From the NCBI RefSeq assembly GCF_013167455.1, contig NZ_CP038328.1: a stretch of 64,000 nucleotides of DNA; one strand, given 5' to 3'. The position numbers were made by a program, and so were the translations under genes. Below, piece after piece: positions 46,957 to 55,203 of this stretch. The stretch comes from Escherichia coli O157:H7 (GTDB lineage: Bacteria > Pseudomonadota > Gammaproteobacteria > Enterobacterales > Enterobacteriaceae). The notes beneath the pieces are model-generated. The model was not told the DNA's origin. It was given only the letters and a program-made list of their open reading frames with translations, and did no database searches. Numbering within the stretch: the stretch's first letter is position 1; each line of letters begins with the position of its first letter.

Positions 46957-46984
46957 GCCGGAGTGGGCGAACACCCACTCCGGC
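46957..46984. terminator. Perfect 11-bp GC-rich hairpin between convergent artJ and the accessory sulfatase gene (putative bidirectional terminator)
   Basis: GCCGGAGTGGG-cgaaca-CCCACTCCGGC; lies in the 50-bp gap between the two stop codons; no strong U-run on either side. Confidence 0.45.
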
Positions 46985-46996
46985 AAAATCACTTCT

Positions 46997-48478
46997 CTAC
47001 GCTAATCCCAGGCGCTGAAACTGCTCTGGCGGCGCATCATTATCTTTCATCAACTGAATCAGCAACGCGATCATCCGGGACTCGATCACATCATCATGAA
47101 TCGGATGTAGCTGCTGCGGATCGTTTTGCAGATCAAACAGCAAATGACCAAACTGATTCAACCCCTTATATTTTTCCTGTGCCGGGATGCGTAATACCTG
47201 TAACCCTTTGGTAAAACGAAACGGTGGGGCCAGCGATAAAGCCCGCATCTCATCCACCGGATAGCGGCTGTTCATTTTGCAGGACATCAACGTGTAGTTG
47301 GCAATATCATCCTCACGCCCCGGCAGCGCTGCACGCATATACACATAACGCCCATCAGTTACGTTAGCATGACCACTGAAAACACCAAACATCGCCGAGC
47401 TGCGTACTGGTTCATCGTGACTGACCGTTTTCGCCAGCGGTTGCCCCTGCACATCGGGCGGCACTGGCTGTTGAAAAAAGTCATACAACGTTGGCGCCCA
47501 GTCGATCATTTGTACCAGTGCCTGTCGCCGCTCTCCTTTTACACCACTGCGCGGGTTCCAGATAAACAACGGATTATTGGCAACTTCGTTGTAATAAGGC
47601 ATCTGGTTTTTCGCCCACCAGCCATGCTCACCGAGTAAAAAGCCGTGGTCAGTGCCGACAATCAGCATGGTATCTCGCCACAGATCGTGCTCATCCATCA
47701 GGTCGAGAATGCGCCCCAGGTTGCGATCGCACATCGACACCAGCGAACGATACCGGCAACGGATGTGCTCCACGGCCTCGTCGCTTTCCTGCACCCGGCC
47801 ACGCGGCCAGTCATAATGCGGTCCATCCCAGTTATCTTCATACAAGGAAAGATACTCTTCCGTTGTGTGAAACGGCTCGTGCGGATCAAACGTTTCGATC
47901 TGCAATAACCAGTTATCTTCCGCGTGATTTTTGTGGATAAAGGCACAGCCTGCATCAAACACTTTAGTTTGTGGAAAATCCGCTTCCTGCTGAATATATT
48001 CCCGGTTTGCCCAGTCATGGCGCCACAGACCAGAAACACCGCCACCGGTCTGCTTTTGCGGCACCCGTAGCACCTCGGGAATAGGCGGTTGCGCAACGCT
48101 TGCATGCCAGTGATCGCCTTCCTGTCCGCGCACAATCTCCCACGAACTGTAGCGATTATGATAATTCCCGCCGCCATCTTCCCAGTAATGCAAATGATCG
48201 CTTATCAGGTGGGTATAGATCCCCGCCTTTTTAAGCAGCTCCGGCATGGAATCGTCAAACGGTTCTAACGGCCCCCACTCCCGATGCAGGAAGTTACATC
48301 GCCCGGTATGCAACTCCCGCCGGGCAGGCATACACGGCATACTGCCGACGTAACTGTTTTCAAAGGTGGCGGCATGAGCCGCCAGACGTTGGAAATTAGG
48401 CGCTTTGGTTAACGCATCGCCATAAGGTGGCAGATAACGTTTATTCAGACTATCGAACAGCAGAATAATCGCTCTCAT
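46997..48478 (-). CDS. Accessory Cys-type sulfatase-family protein (alkaline-phosphatase superfamily), predicted cytoplasmic
   Basis: 493-aa ORF; sulfatase signature C49-M-P-A-R53 followed by RELHTGRC; no N-terminal signal peptide; last gene of a three-gene minus-strand cluster. Confidence 0.85.
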   Translation of the reverse strand: MRAIILLFDSLNKRYLPPYGDALTKAPNFQRLAAHAATFENSYVGSMPCMPARRELHTGRCNFLHREWGPLEPFDDSMPELLKKAGIYTHLISDHLHYWEDGGGNYHNRYSSWEIVRGQEGDHWHASVAQPPIPEVLRVPQKQTGGGVSGLWRHDWANREYIQQEADFPQTKVFDAGCAFIHKNHAEDNWLLQIETFDPHEPFHTTEEYLSLYEDNWDGPHYDWPRGRVQESDEAVEHIRCRYRSLVSMCDRNLGRILDLMDEHDLWRDTMLIVGTDHGFLLGEHGWWAKNQMPYYNEVANNPLFIWNPRSGVKGERRQALVQMIDWAPTLYDFFQQPVPPDVQGQPLAKTVSHDEPVRSSAMFGVFSGHANVTDGRYVYMRAALPGREDDIANYTLMSCKMNSRYPVDEMRALSLAPPFRFTKGLQVLRIPAQEKYKGLNQFGHLLFDLQNDPQQLHPIHDDVIESRMIALLIQLMKDNDAPPEQFQRLGLA

Positions 48479-48489
48479 TACGCCCTACC

Positions 48490-48810
48490 TTATTGATTAA
48501 TTAAATGCGGAAAATGTTGCTGAACCACTTCATAAATTTGCTGACCAATAGTTTCACCGTCCATAATATTCTCTATCGGAATCAAATATTGCCCTTGTTT
48601 CGGGTCAAGACTAACCACATCGAGTAATTTTTTGGAAATAGCAAAAATATCCGCCCAGTCGGTAAATCCGCCGACTTCACCTGCGGCGGTATGTTCCATT
48701 TCAACTTTGAAATCATATTTGGTCAGCGCTTTTTTAACGACCGTTTGTAACATAACGCTACTGCCTACACCGTAACCACAGACAAACAGAATATTAATTG
48801 TATCTTTCAT
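48490..48810 (-). CDS. Accessory PTS EIIB component, L-ascorbate (UlaB/SgaB)-like family
   Basis: 106-aa ORF MKDTINILFVCGYGVGSSVM... with the CGxGxGSS phospho-cysteine loop characteristic of ascorbate-family EIIB. Confidence 0.8.
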   Translation of the reverse strand: MKDTINILFVCGYGVGSSVMLQTVVKKALTKYDFKVEMEHTAAGEVGGFTDWADIFAISKKLLDVVSLDPKQGQYLIPIENIMDGETIGQQIYEVVQQHFPHLINQ

Positions 48811-48831
48811 TTTTAAACCCTTAATATTTAA

Positions 48832-50175
48832 TTAACCCGCGTAAGGACCAAGATGGAATGTTGCAGCGATAAATTTCAGAACTTCACAAATAGCAGGCCA
48901 TACGGTTGCCCAGTCAAATATTCCTGTCCAGCCGACGCCATTTTCAGCAAGCCCGGTTAACGGAATAGCCCACACCGTACCGAAGGTCTGAATAATACCC
49001 AGCAAGAACGTACAGATAATTACGGAACGGTATCCGCCCATGCGGTTTGCTAATACGCCAATTGGACCGCCAGAGAAAAACAGAGGTACAAAGCCAGGCA
49101 ATACCATAATTGGGCTGTGAACCAGTAATAAGATCCCCATCGAAAAAATGGTGCCAAAAGTACAGAAGACGAAGCCTAACGTTGCGGCATTGGGTGAAAA
49201 AGGTAACAGCGCTGCAACATCGACAGCAGGAATAGCGTTAGGAATAAAGCGATCTTGCCAGCCTTTAAACGAACCGTTAATTTCGCCCACCATCATGCGC
49301 ACACCCTGCAGCAGAATGACCATATACATGGAGAACTGTAAGCCAAGGTTGATGATATAGATGTACCAGGGCTTGCCTTTCGCCATTAACTGGACATTAT
49401 CGATACCCGTTGATAGCAAGAAACCACCGACAAACAGCGTCATCACAATGGCGATAGCCGTTACGTTATGGTTAAAAATCGCCAGCCACCCGGGAAGTTT
49501 CAGGTTTTCAGCATCGTGCTTTTCAGGGTCACCAAATTTATGGGCGAATTTGGAGAAAAACCACAATCCCAACATCTGGTTATGAGCAATGGTAAAACCG
49601 GCATCTTTGGTAACTTTGGCAATGGGCTTAACAATGAGCGTGGTGGAGAACGCCCAGAATACACCCGTTAATATTCCGGCAATAATAATGGATGTAGTCC
49701 AGCTAAAACCCAGCCAAAAGACAATCAACCATAATACCGCCTGAGAATGTGAAACACCGGTATTCCCTGTCAAAAATATCCCTTTGGCACCAGTATACCG
49801 ACCAAATAATACCAGCAGCAGGTTGGTAAAAAACGCCAGTACAAATACATACCCGACATAACCAAAATTATCCCCCAATGCAATTTGCGTTGCCGCTTTC
49901 ATTGCGTAGGAATCCATTAAATATCCGTGAACACCATAGGCTTTACTTACGGCTTCTGCTACCGGTTTAAATGTTGCGGAAAACTGGAAACCACCAAATA
50001 ACACCATCATTAATCCCACCATGGCGCTGACCATGCCGGTAATAATTTTTATTGGCGATTTCTTATCAAGGGCATAACCAATACCCACCAGCAAACCAAT
50101 TAAAATTGCCGGTTCAGTTAAAAACGTTTGAATAACATCTATGAATTTGGCAAACATCGTCGGAACGCCCTCCAT
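48832..50175 (-). CDS. Accessory PTS EIIC permease, L-ascorbate (UlaA/SgaT)-like family
   Basis: 447-aa polytopic membrane ORF; N-terminal third resembles recalled UlaA (e.g. ...FKPVAEAVSKAYGVHGYLMDSYAMKA... versus UlaA ...[27 protein letters not shown]...); an alternative start at the Met 6 codons downstream has a better GGAGG Shine-Dalgarno. Confidence 0.85.
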   Translation of the reverse strand: MEGVPTMFAKFIDVIQTFLTEPAILIGLLVGIGYALDKKSPIKIITGMVSAMVGLMMVLFGGFQFSATFKPVAEAVSKAYGVHGYLMDSYAMKAATQIALGDNFGYVGYVFVLAFFTNLLLVLFGRYTGAKGIFLTGNTGVSHSQAVLWLIVFWLGFSWTTSIIIAGILTGVFWAFSTTLIVKPIAKVTKDAGFTIAHNQMLGLWFFSKFAHKFGDPEKHDAENLKLPGWLAIFNHNVTAIAIVMTLFVGGFLLSTGIDNVQLMAKGKPWYIYIINLGLQFSMYMVILLQGVRMMVGEINGSFKGWQDRFIPNAIPAVDVAALLPFSPNAATLGFVFCTFGTIFSMGILLLVHSPIMVLPGFVPLFFSGGPIGVLANRMGGYRSVIICTFLLGIIQTFGTVWAIPLTGLAENGVGWTGIFDWATVWPAICEVLKFIAATFHLGPYAG

Positions 50176-50365
50176 ACGCGTACATTTCCGTTGTCAATGC
50201 ATGAACCTTCTGCTGACGTTAATAATGTCTCAGGAAATTTTGTGTTTCGCTAAGCAATGCCTCTGTATGTATTCGGTAAGTGCACTGTAGTAATCAAAAC
50301 AGTTCAATTAAAGATCTTATTTGATTATTTGTGATTTGATTTGCAAAAATAGAGCAATATATAAC

Positions 50366-50401
50366 CGTGATCGATCGGTTATTATTAATCGATCGATCAC
50401 G
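50366..50401. promoter_or_regulatory. Perfect 12-bp inverted repeat with 12-nt AT spacer upstream of the accessory PTS cluster (candidate operator or RNA structure)
   Basis: CGTGATCGATCG-gttattattaat-CGATCGATCACG, about 190-225 nt upstream of the EIIC start and 54-89 nt downstream of the rlmC stop. Confidence 0.35.
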
Positions 50402-50454
50402 ATTATTATTTTGGATGGATGTATGCCGAGGTGATATTGATTTGAATGATGTAT

Positions 50455-51582
50455 TTACATTTTTACCAGCAGCGTCAGCACTTCATAGTGCGCGGTGTGC
50501 GGGAACATATCAAAAAGCTGTACCCGTTCGATGCGGTAACCTGGCAGTTCGCGGATATCTTTCGCCATGGTTTGGGCGTTACAGCTGGAGTAGATAATAA
50601 AACGCGGTGCCATCGTTGAGAGATAATCACACAGCGGTTTACCAATGCCGCGGCGCGGCGGGTTAACCAGCACCAGCTCCGGCACCTCCCCCTGAGCGGT
50701 GGCAAACTGAGTGGAGTCCAGCGCCTGAAATTGCAGACGCGTTAAGCCCAGTTCAGCGGCTGACTGCTTTGCACAGGCAATGGCCTCTAGCGCAATTTCG
50801 ATCCCGGTTAACTGCATGTCAGGCGTCGCGCAGTGTAAACCAAAGCCCCCCACACCGCAGAACAGATCCCACATATGTTTAACCGGCAGCTGTCGTACCC
50901 AGTCGCGCGCGGTAGCGTACAGCTGGCTGGCGACCGCCGGATTAGTCTGGAAGAAACTTTGCGGACGGATCCACAGCGGCACATCGTTAAAACGCTCTAC
51001 CAGCGCCTGTTGTTCGGTCAGGTAGATCTCCGTCTCCCCTTCCATAATCGCCATATGTACCGGCTGAATATTGACGGTGATAACTTTTAGCTGCGGCAAT
51101 TGTGCCTGTAACCACGGCAATGCCTTACGCAGTTGTGCTAGTTTGGTTTCAGAACGCAGTACAAAGCGCAGCATCATGCCGCCATCGCTCTGGCTTTCAG
51201 TCAGCAGAATGTATTTCAGTTCGCCACGCTTACGCGCCACGTTGTAGGGCGTTAACCCCGCTCGGGCGATAAACGGTTTTAGCGCCGCAAAAACGGGCGC
51301 AAATGAGGCAGGATAAAGCGGGCAGTCACAAAGGTCTTCCGGTGTGCCGTCGCGATGCAGCATACCGAGCAGTGGTTTTTCAACGCTACCACTCACCACC
51401 ATTTTGGCTTTATTACGAAACCCTTGTTCCGGGCCTGACACCGGCGCGCACCATTCCTCAACCGGAAAGTCGGCGAGCAGATTTTTAAGATCGGCGGTTT
51501 TAGCGGAGAGTTGCTCTGGAATCGGCTGCGTTATCCACTGACAGGAACGACAGCGACCCGCGTCGTAAAGTGCGCACTGCAT
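50455..51582 (-). CDS. rlmC: 23S rRNA (uracil747-C5)-methyltransferase RlmC (RumB)
   Basis: 375-aa [28 protein letters not shown]... with N-terminal Cys cluster and SAM-dependent methyltransferase core. Confidence 0.93.
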   Translation of the reverse strand: MQCALYDAGRCRSCQWITQPIPEQLSAKTADLKNLLADFPVEEWCAPVSGPEQGFRNKAKMVVSGSVEKPLLGMLHRDGTPEDLCDCPLYPASFAPVFAALKPFIARAGLTPYNVARKRGELKYILLTESQSDGGMMLRFVLRSETKLAQLRKALPWLQAQLPQLKVITVNIQPVHMAIMEGETEIYLTEQQALVERFNDVPLWIRPQSFFQTNPAVASQLYATARDWVRQLPVKHMWDLFCGVGGFGLHCATPDMQLTGIEIALEAIACAKQSAAELGLTRLQFQALDSTQFATAQGEVPELVLVNPPRRGIGKPLCDYLSTMAPRFIIYSSCNAQTMAKDIRELPGYRIERVQLFDMFPHTAHYEVLTLLVKM

Positions 51583-51622
51583 ACATTGACCTTCACATCA
51601 TCAGGGGCGACGATTATACACA

Positions 51623-52111
51623 TTATTGCAACTGGAAGAACCGCCGACTGGTCGAGGGAACGAACAGCAGCATCAGGATGAGCATATCCGGCAGCTTCTG
51701 CAGCATCAGGCTATGGAAGATTTCACGTTTTGATTCACCGGGAATGCTGAACAGCTCCGGATAACCGTACCCCAGCGAAGCCGCCCACAAGTAACTTGCG
51801 GCAGTGATTTGTGTCAGCAGATACAGCCAGCGCGCCCAGCGACGCCCTTTCACCAGTGAAAACGCACACCAGATCTCAATGAAAACCAGCACCAGACTGC
51901 TTAAAAAGACCAGCGTTAAACTCCAGGTTTGTACGCTGCGATGAATGAACTCGCCAATACCGCGCACGCCCAGCGTATTGAAAATCATCAGCACGTCGAG
52001 GCCACGGATCATAATAATGGCGAGCGCCGCCACCTGCACAAGCGCAGGCACATTCAGGCGAGCATGAGATGAAGATGTTTTCTTAAAAAATCCCAACGTT
52101 TCGTCTTCCAT
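51623..52111 (-). CDS. ybjO: Inner-membrane protein YbjO
   Basis: 162-aa hydrophobic ORF at the conserved position between potI and rlmC. Confidence 0.85.
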   Translation of the reverse strand: MEDETLGFFKKTSSSHARLNVPALVQVAALAIIMIRGLDVLMIFNTLGVRGIGEFIHRSVQTWSLTLVFLSSLVLVFIEIWCAFSLVKGRRWARWLYLLTQITAASYLWAASLGYGYPELFSIPGESKREIFHSLMLQKLPDMLILMLLFVPSTSRRFFQLQ

Positions 52112-52170
52112 GAAAACAATGCCGCGACATACGCGGCATTATGTAGCCAGGTTGGCAAATTTTAGTGTCT

Positions 52171-53016
52171 TCAGCCACGTCTTGCACACTGGATGTCGCG
52201 TATCCGCTGTTTTTCTGCGCGAGCCATCAGATACCAGGCGATAAATCCGACAATTCCGACCGCGCCGAGGATCAATGTTGCTAGGGCGTTGATTTCCGGA
52301 TTCACCCCCATCCGCACGCTGGAAAAGACCAGCATCGGTAACGTGGTGGCTCCCGGCCCGGATACAAAGCTGGCGATCACCAGATCATCAAGCGACAAAG
52401 TAAAAGCCAGTAACCAGCCAGAAATGACCGCGGGCATGATCATCGGTAGCGTAATGACGAAAAACACTTTCAGCGGCGTCGCACCGAGATCCATCGCTGC
52501 TTCTTCTATCGAGCGATCCAGTTCCCGAAGACGCGACGAAATAACGACTGCCACATAAGCCGTACAGAAAGTGACATGCGCCAGCCAGATGGTAAGCATA
52601 CCGCGGTCCGCAGGCCAGCCAATGGCATGAGCAAGCGCGACGAATAATAACAACAGCGACAAGCCCGTGATGACATCTGGCATTACCAGCGGCGCGGTGA
52701 TCATAAAGGCAAAGCCATTTGATCCGCGAAACCTGCCAAAGCGCACCAGCACCACCGCCGCAATAGTTCCGAGGATCGCCGCCGCCGTCGCCGCACAGGC
52801 CGCAATTGTCAGACTTAAACCAACCGCACTCATCATCGCGTCATCGCGCAATAATTCGCCATACCAGCGCGTTGACCAGCCGGCCCACACCGTCACCAGC
52901 TTCGAGCTGTTAAACGAATAGATAACCAGCATCAGCATTGGCGCGTAGAGAAAGGTGAAGCCCAACAGCAAAATCACAATCCGCCAGGGCGAACGAACTA
53001 CCGGTAAATTATTCAT
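52171..53016 (-). CDS. potI: Putrescine ABC transporter permease PotI
   Basis: Start set at MNNLPVVRSPWRIVILLLGF (281 aa); overlaps the potH stop. Confidence 0.92.
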   Translation of the reverse strand: MNNLPVVRSPWRIVILLLGFTFLYAPMLMLVIYSFNSSKLVTVWAGWSTRWYGELLRDDAMMSAVGLSLTIAACAATAAAILGTIAAVVLVRFGRFRGSNGFAFMITAPLVMPDVITGLSLLLLFVALAHAIGWPADRGMLTIWLAHVTFCTAYVAVVISSRLRELDRSIEEAAMDLGATPLKVFFVITLPMIMPAVISGWLLAFTLSLDDLVIASFVSGPGATTLPMLVFSSVRMGVNPEINALATLILGAVGIVGFIAWYLMARAEKQRIRDIQCARRG

Positions 53017-53966
53017 CCGTGTTCTCCCACGCTTTTTTGCTGGTGTTTGTGAAACCACATTATCGGCACAATTAGCAGCAGCAACATGATGATCGCTACC
53101 GCCGAGGCCACCGGCCAGTCGCGGTTATTGAAAAACTCTTGCCATAGCACGCGCCCGATCATGATGCTGTCCGGGCCACCGAGCAGTTCCGGGATCACAA
53201 ACTCGCCCACAGCCGGGATAAACACCAGCATCGATCCGGCAATAATCCCACCTTTAGTCAGCGGCACGATCACAGTAAAGAACGTTTTCAGCGGTCGTGC
53301 ACCGAGATCCAGCGCTGCTTCCACCAGCGAATAATCAATACGAATCAACGCGGTATAAATCGGCAGCACCATAAACGGCACGTAGGCGTAAACAATGCCA
53401 ATATAAACTGCCAGATTGGTATGAAGAATGGTCAGCGGTTGATCGATAACCCCCAGCCACAGCAGAAAATTATTCAGCACACCGTTGTTTTTTAATATTC
53501 CCATCCAGGCGTAGACACGAATCAGAAACGAGGTCCACGACGGCAGGATCACCAGTAGTAATAAGATATTACGGGTCGAAGGCTTACTGTGCGCCACCGC
53601 CCACGCCAGCGGATAGCCGATCAGTAAACAGCAAAATGTCGAAATCGCCGCCACCTGTAACGACTGGAGATAAGCATCGAAATAGAGCGGATCGCCGGTC
53701 AGTTGCAGGAAATTACCGAAATTAAGGGTGATGGACAGTTGCCCGTCAGCCCACTCCATCAGTTCGGTATAAGGTGGAATAGCGCGCGCCATCTCCGCCA
53801 GGCTTATTTTAAAGACAATCAGAAATGGCAGCAGAAACAGCAAGATCAACCAGATATACGGCAACGCAATGACCAGTTTGCGCCCATGCTTCATTTGCAA
53901 CTGCGACAACCACAGCTTAAATCCGCCCGGCGGTTTCGACTGGGCAGCAGGTTCAAGTGTACTCAT
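53013..53966 (-). CDS. potH: Putrescine ABC transporter permease PotH
   Basis: 317-aa polytopic membrane ORF in pot operon order. Confidence 0.92.
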   Translation of the reverse strand: MSTLEPAAQSKPPGGFKLWLSQLQMKHGRKLVIALPYIWLILLFLLPFLIVFKISLAEMARAIPPYTELMEWADGQLSITLNFGNFLQLTGDPLYFDAYLQSLQVAAISTFCCLLIGYPLAWAVAHSKPSTRNILLLLVILPSWTSFLIRVYAWMGILKNNGVLNNFLLWLGVIDQPLTILHTNLAVYIGIVYAYVPFMVLPIYTALIRIDYSLVEAALDLGARPLKTFFTVIVPLTKGGIIAGSMLVFIPAVGEFVIPELLGGPDSIMIGRVLWQEFFNNRDWPVASAVAIIMLLLLIVPIMWFHKHQQKSVGEHG

Positions 53967-53975
53967 CTTTGCTCC

Positions 53976-55109
53976 TTAAACCGTCAGCACCACACAGCTG
54001 TCCACTTCCCAGCACAAACGCACTTCGTCGCCCCAGGTCGGTAACCCTTTACGATGACGATGGGCGTTTTGTAGCTGGGCGCTAATCATCTGCCCACTTT
54101 TCAGACGAACGTGATACACCGAAAGATCGCCGAGATAGGCAATGTGTATCACCTCCCCCACCGCGAAGTTACAACCATTGGCGGGCGGCTCTTCGCAAAG
54201 CATGATTTTTTCCGGACGCAGCGCTACGTGTACCGGCACGTTATCGACCACTGAAGCATCCGCATCGACTTTCAGTGGATGCACCAGCCCCGGCGAATAA
54301 AGCACCAGACCATCTTCCTGACGCTCTTTGAGTACACCTTCAAAGACATTAACCGAGCCAATAAATTCGGCGCTATAGCGGGTAGTCGGATGCTCGTAGA
54401 TCTCTTCCGGTTCGCCAATCTGGACAAATTTCCCACGATTCATAATGGCGATACGCCCCGCCATGGTCATCGCCTCTTCCTGATCGTGGGTGACCATCAC
54501 ACAAGTCACACCGACGCGTTCCAGAATATCCACCACTTCAAGCTGCATCCGGTCACGCAGCTTTTTATCCAGCGCGCCCATCGGCTCGTCGAGCAGTAAT
54601 AGTTTCGGGCGCTTGGCAAGGCTTCGGGCCAGTGCCACACGCTGTCGCTGACCACCGGAAAGCTGATGCGGTTTGCGTTTGGCGAACTCCTGCATATGCA
54701 CAAGGCCGAGCATCTCATTGACCCGGCTGGCAATTTCCGCTTTCGGTAGTTTGTCCTGTTTCAGGCCAAAAGCGATGTTCTGTTCCACGGTCATATGCGG
54801 AAACAGCGCGTAAGACTGAAACATCATATTGATGGGGCGCAGGTAAGGCGGCACCTGTGACAAATCGACGCCATCAAGCATAATCTGCCCGGCTGAAGGT
54901 TGTTCGAAACCTGCCAGCATACGCAGCAGCGTGGACTTGCCACAGCCGGATGCGCCCAGCAGCGCAAAGATTTCACCTTTGTAGATGGTCAGGCTGACAT
55001 CATCAACCGCATGCTGACCATCGTAGGATTTGGTCAGATTGCGGATTTCTAATAGCGGGGTCAGCGCCTTACGGGTTTTCGCCTGGGGGCGAGGGATAGC
55101 GTCATTCAC
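53976..55109 (-). CDS. potG: Putrescine ABC transporter ATP-binding protein PotG
   Basis: 377-aa ORF; Walker A GASGCGKST, signature LSGGQRQR, Walker B LLLLDEP. Confidence 0.93.
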   Translation of the reverse strand: MNDAIPRPQAKTRKALTPLLEIRNLTKSYDGQHAVDDVSLTIYKGEIFALLGASGCGKSTLLRMLAGFEQPSAGQIMLDGVDLSQVPPYLRPINMMFQSYALFPHMTVEQNIAFGLKQDKLPKAEIASRVNEMLGLVHMQEFAKRKPHQLSGGQRQRVALARSLAKRPKLLLLDEPMGALDKKLRDRMQLEVVDILERVGVTCVMVTHDQEEAMTMAGRIAIMNRGKFVQIGEPEEIYEHPTTRYSAEFIGSVNVFEGVLKERQEDGLVLYSPGLVHPLKVDADASVVDNVPVHVALRPEKIMLCEEPPANGCNFAVGEVIHIAYLGDLSVYHVRLKSGQMISAQLQNAHRHRKGLPTWGDEVRLCWEVDSCVVLTV

Positions 55110-55203
55110 GGCTGCTCTCCGGCATTAAATGTGTGCAAGCGCACCATGTTGGTGCGAATTGCCGGAGGGAGTGGCGCTCCCGCCCGGCATCTAAGGCTGC
55201 GGA

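Noticed and set aside
50366-50401. CRP site interpretation of the TGATCGATCG...CGATCGATCA palindrome
   Set aside because: The GTGA and TCAC cores are 26 nt apart rather than the 6-nt spacing of TGTGA-N6-TCACA; reported as an unassigned palindrome instead.
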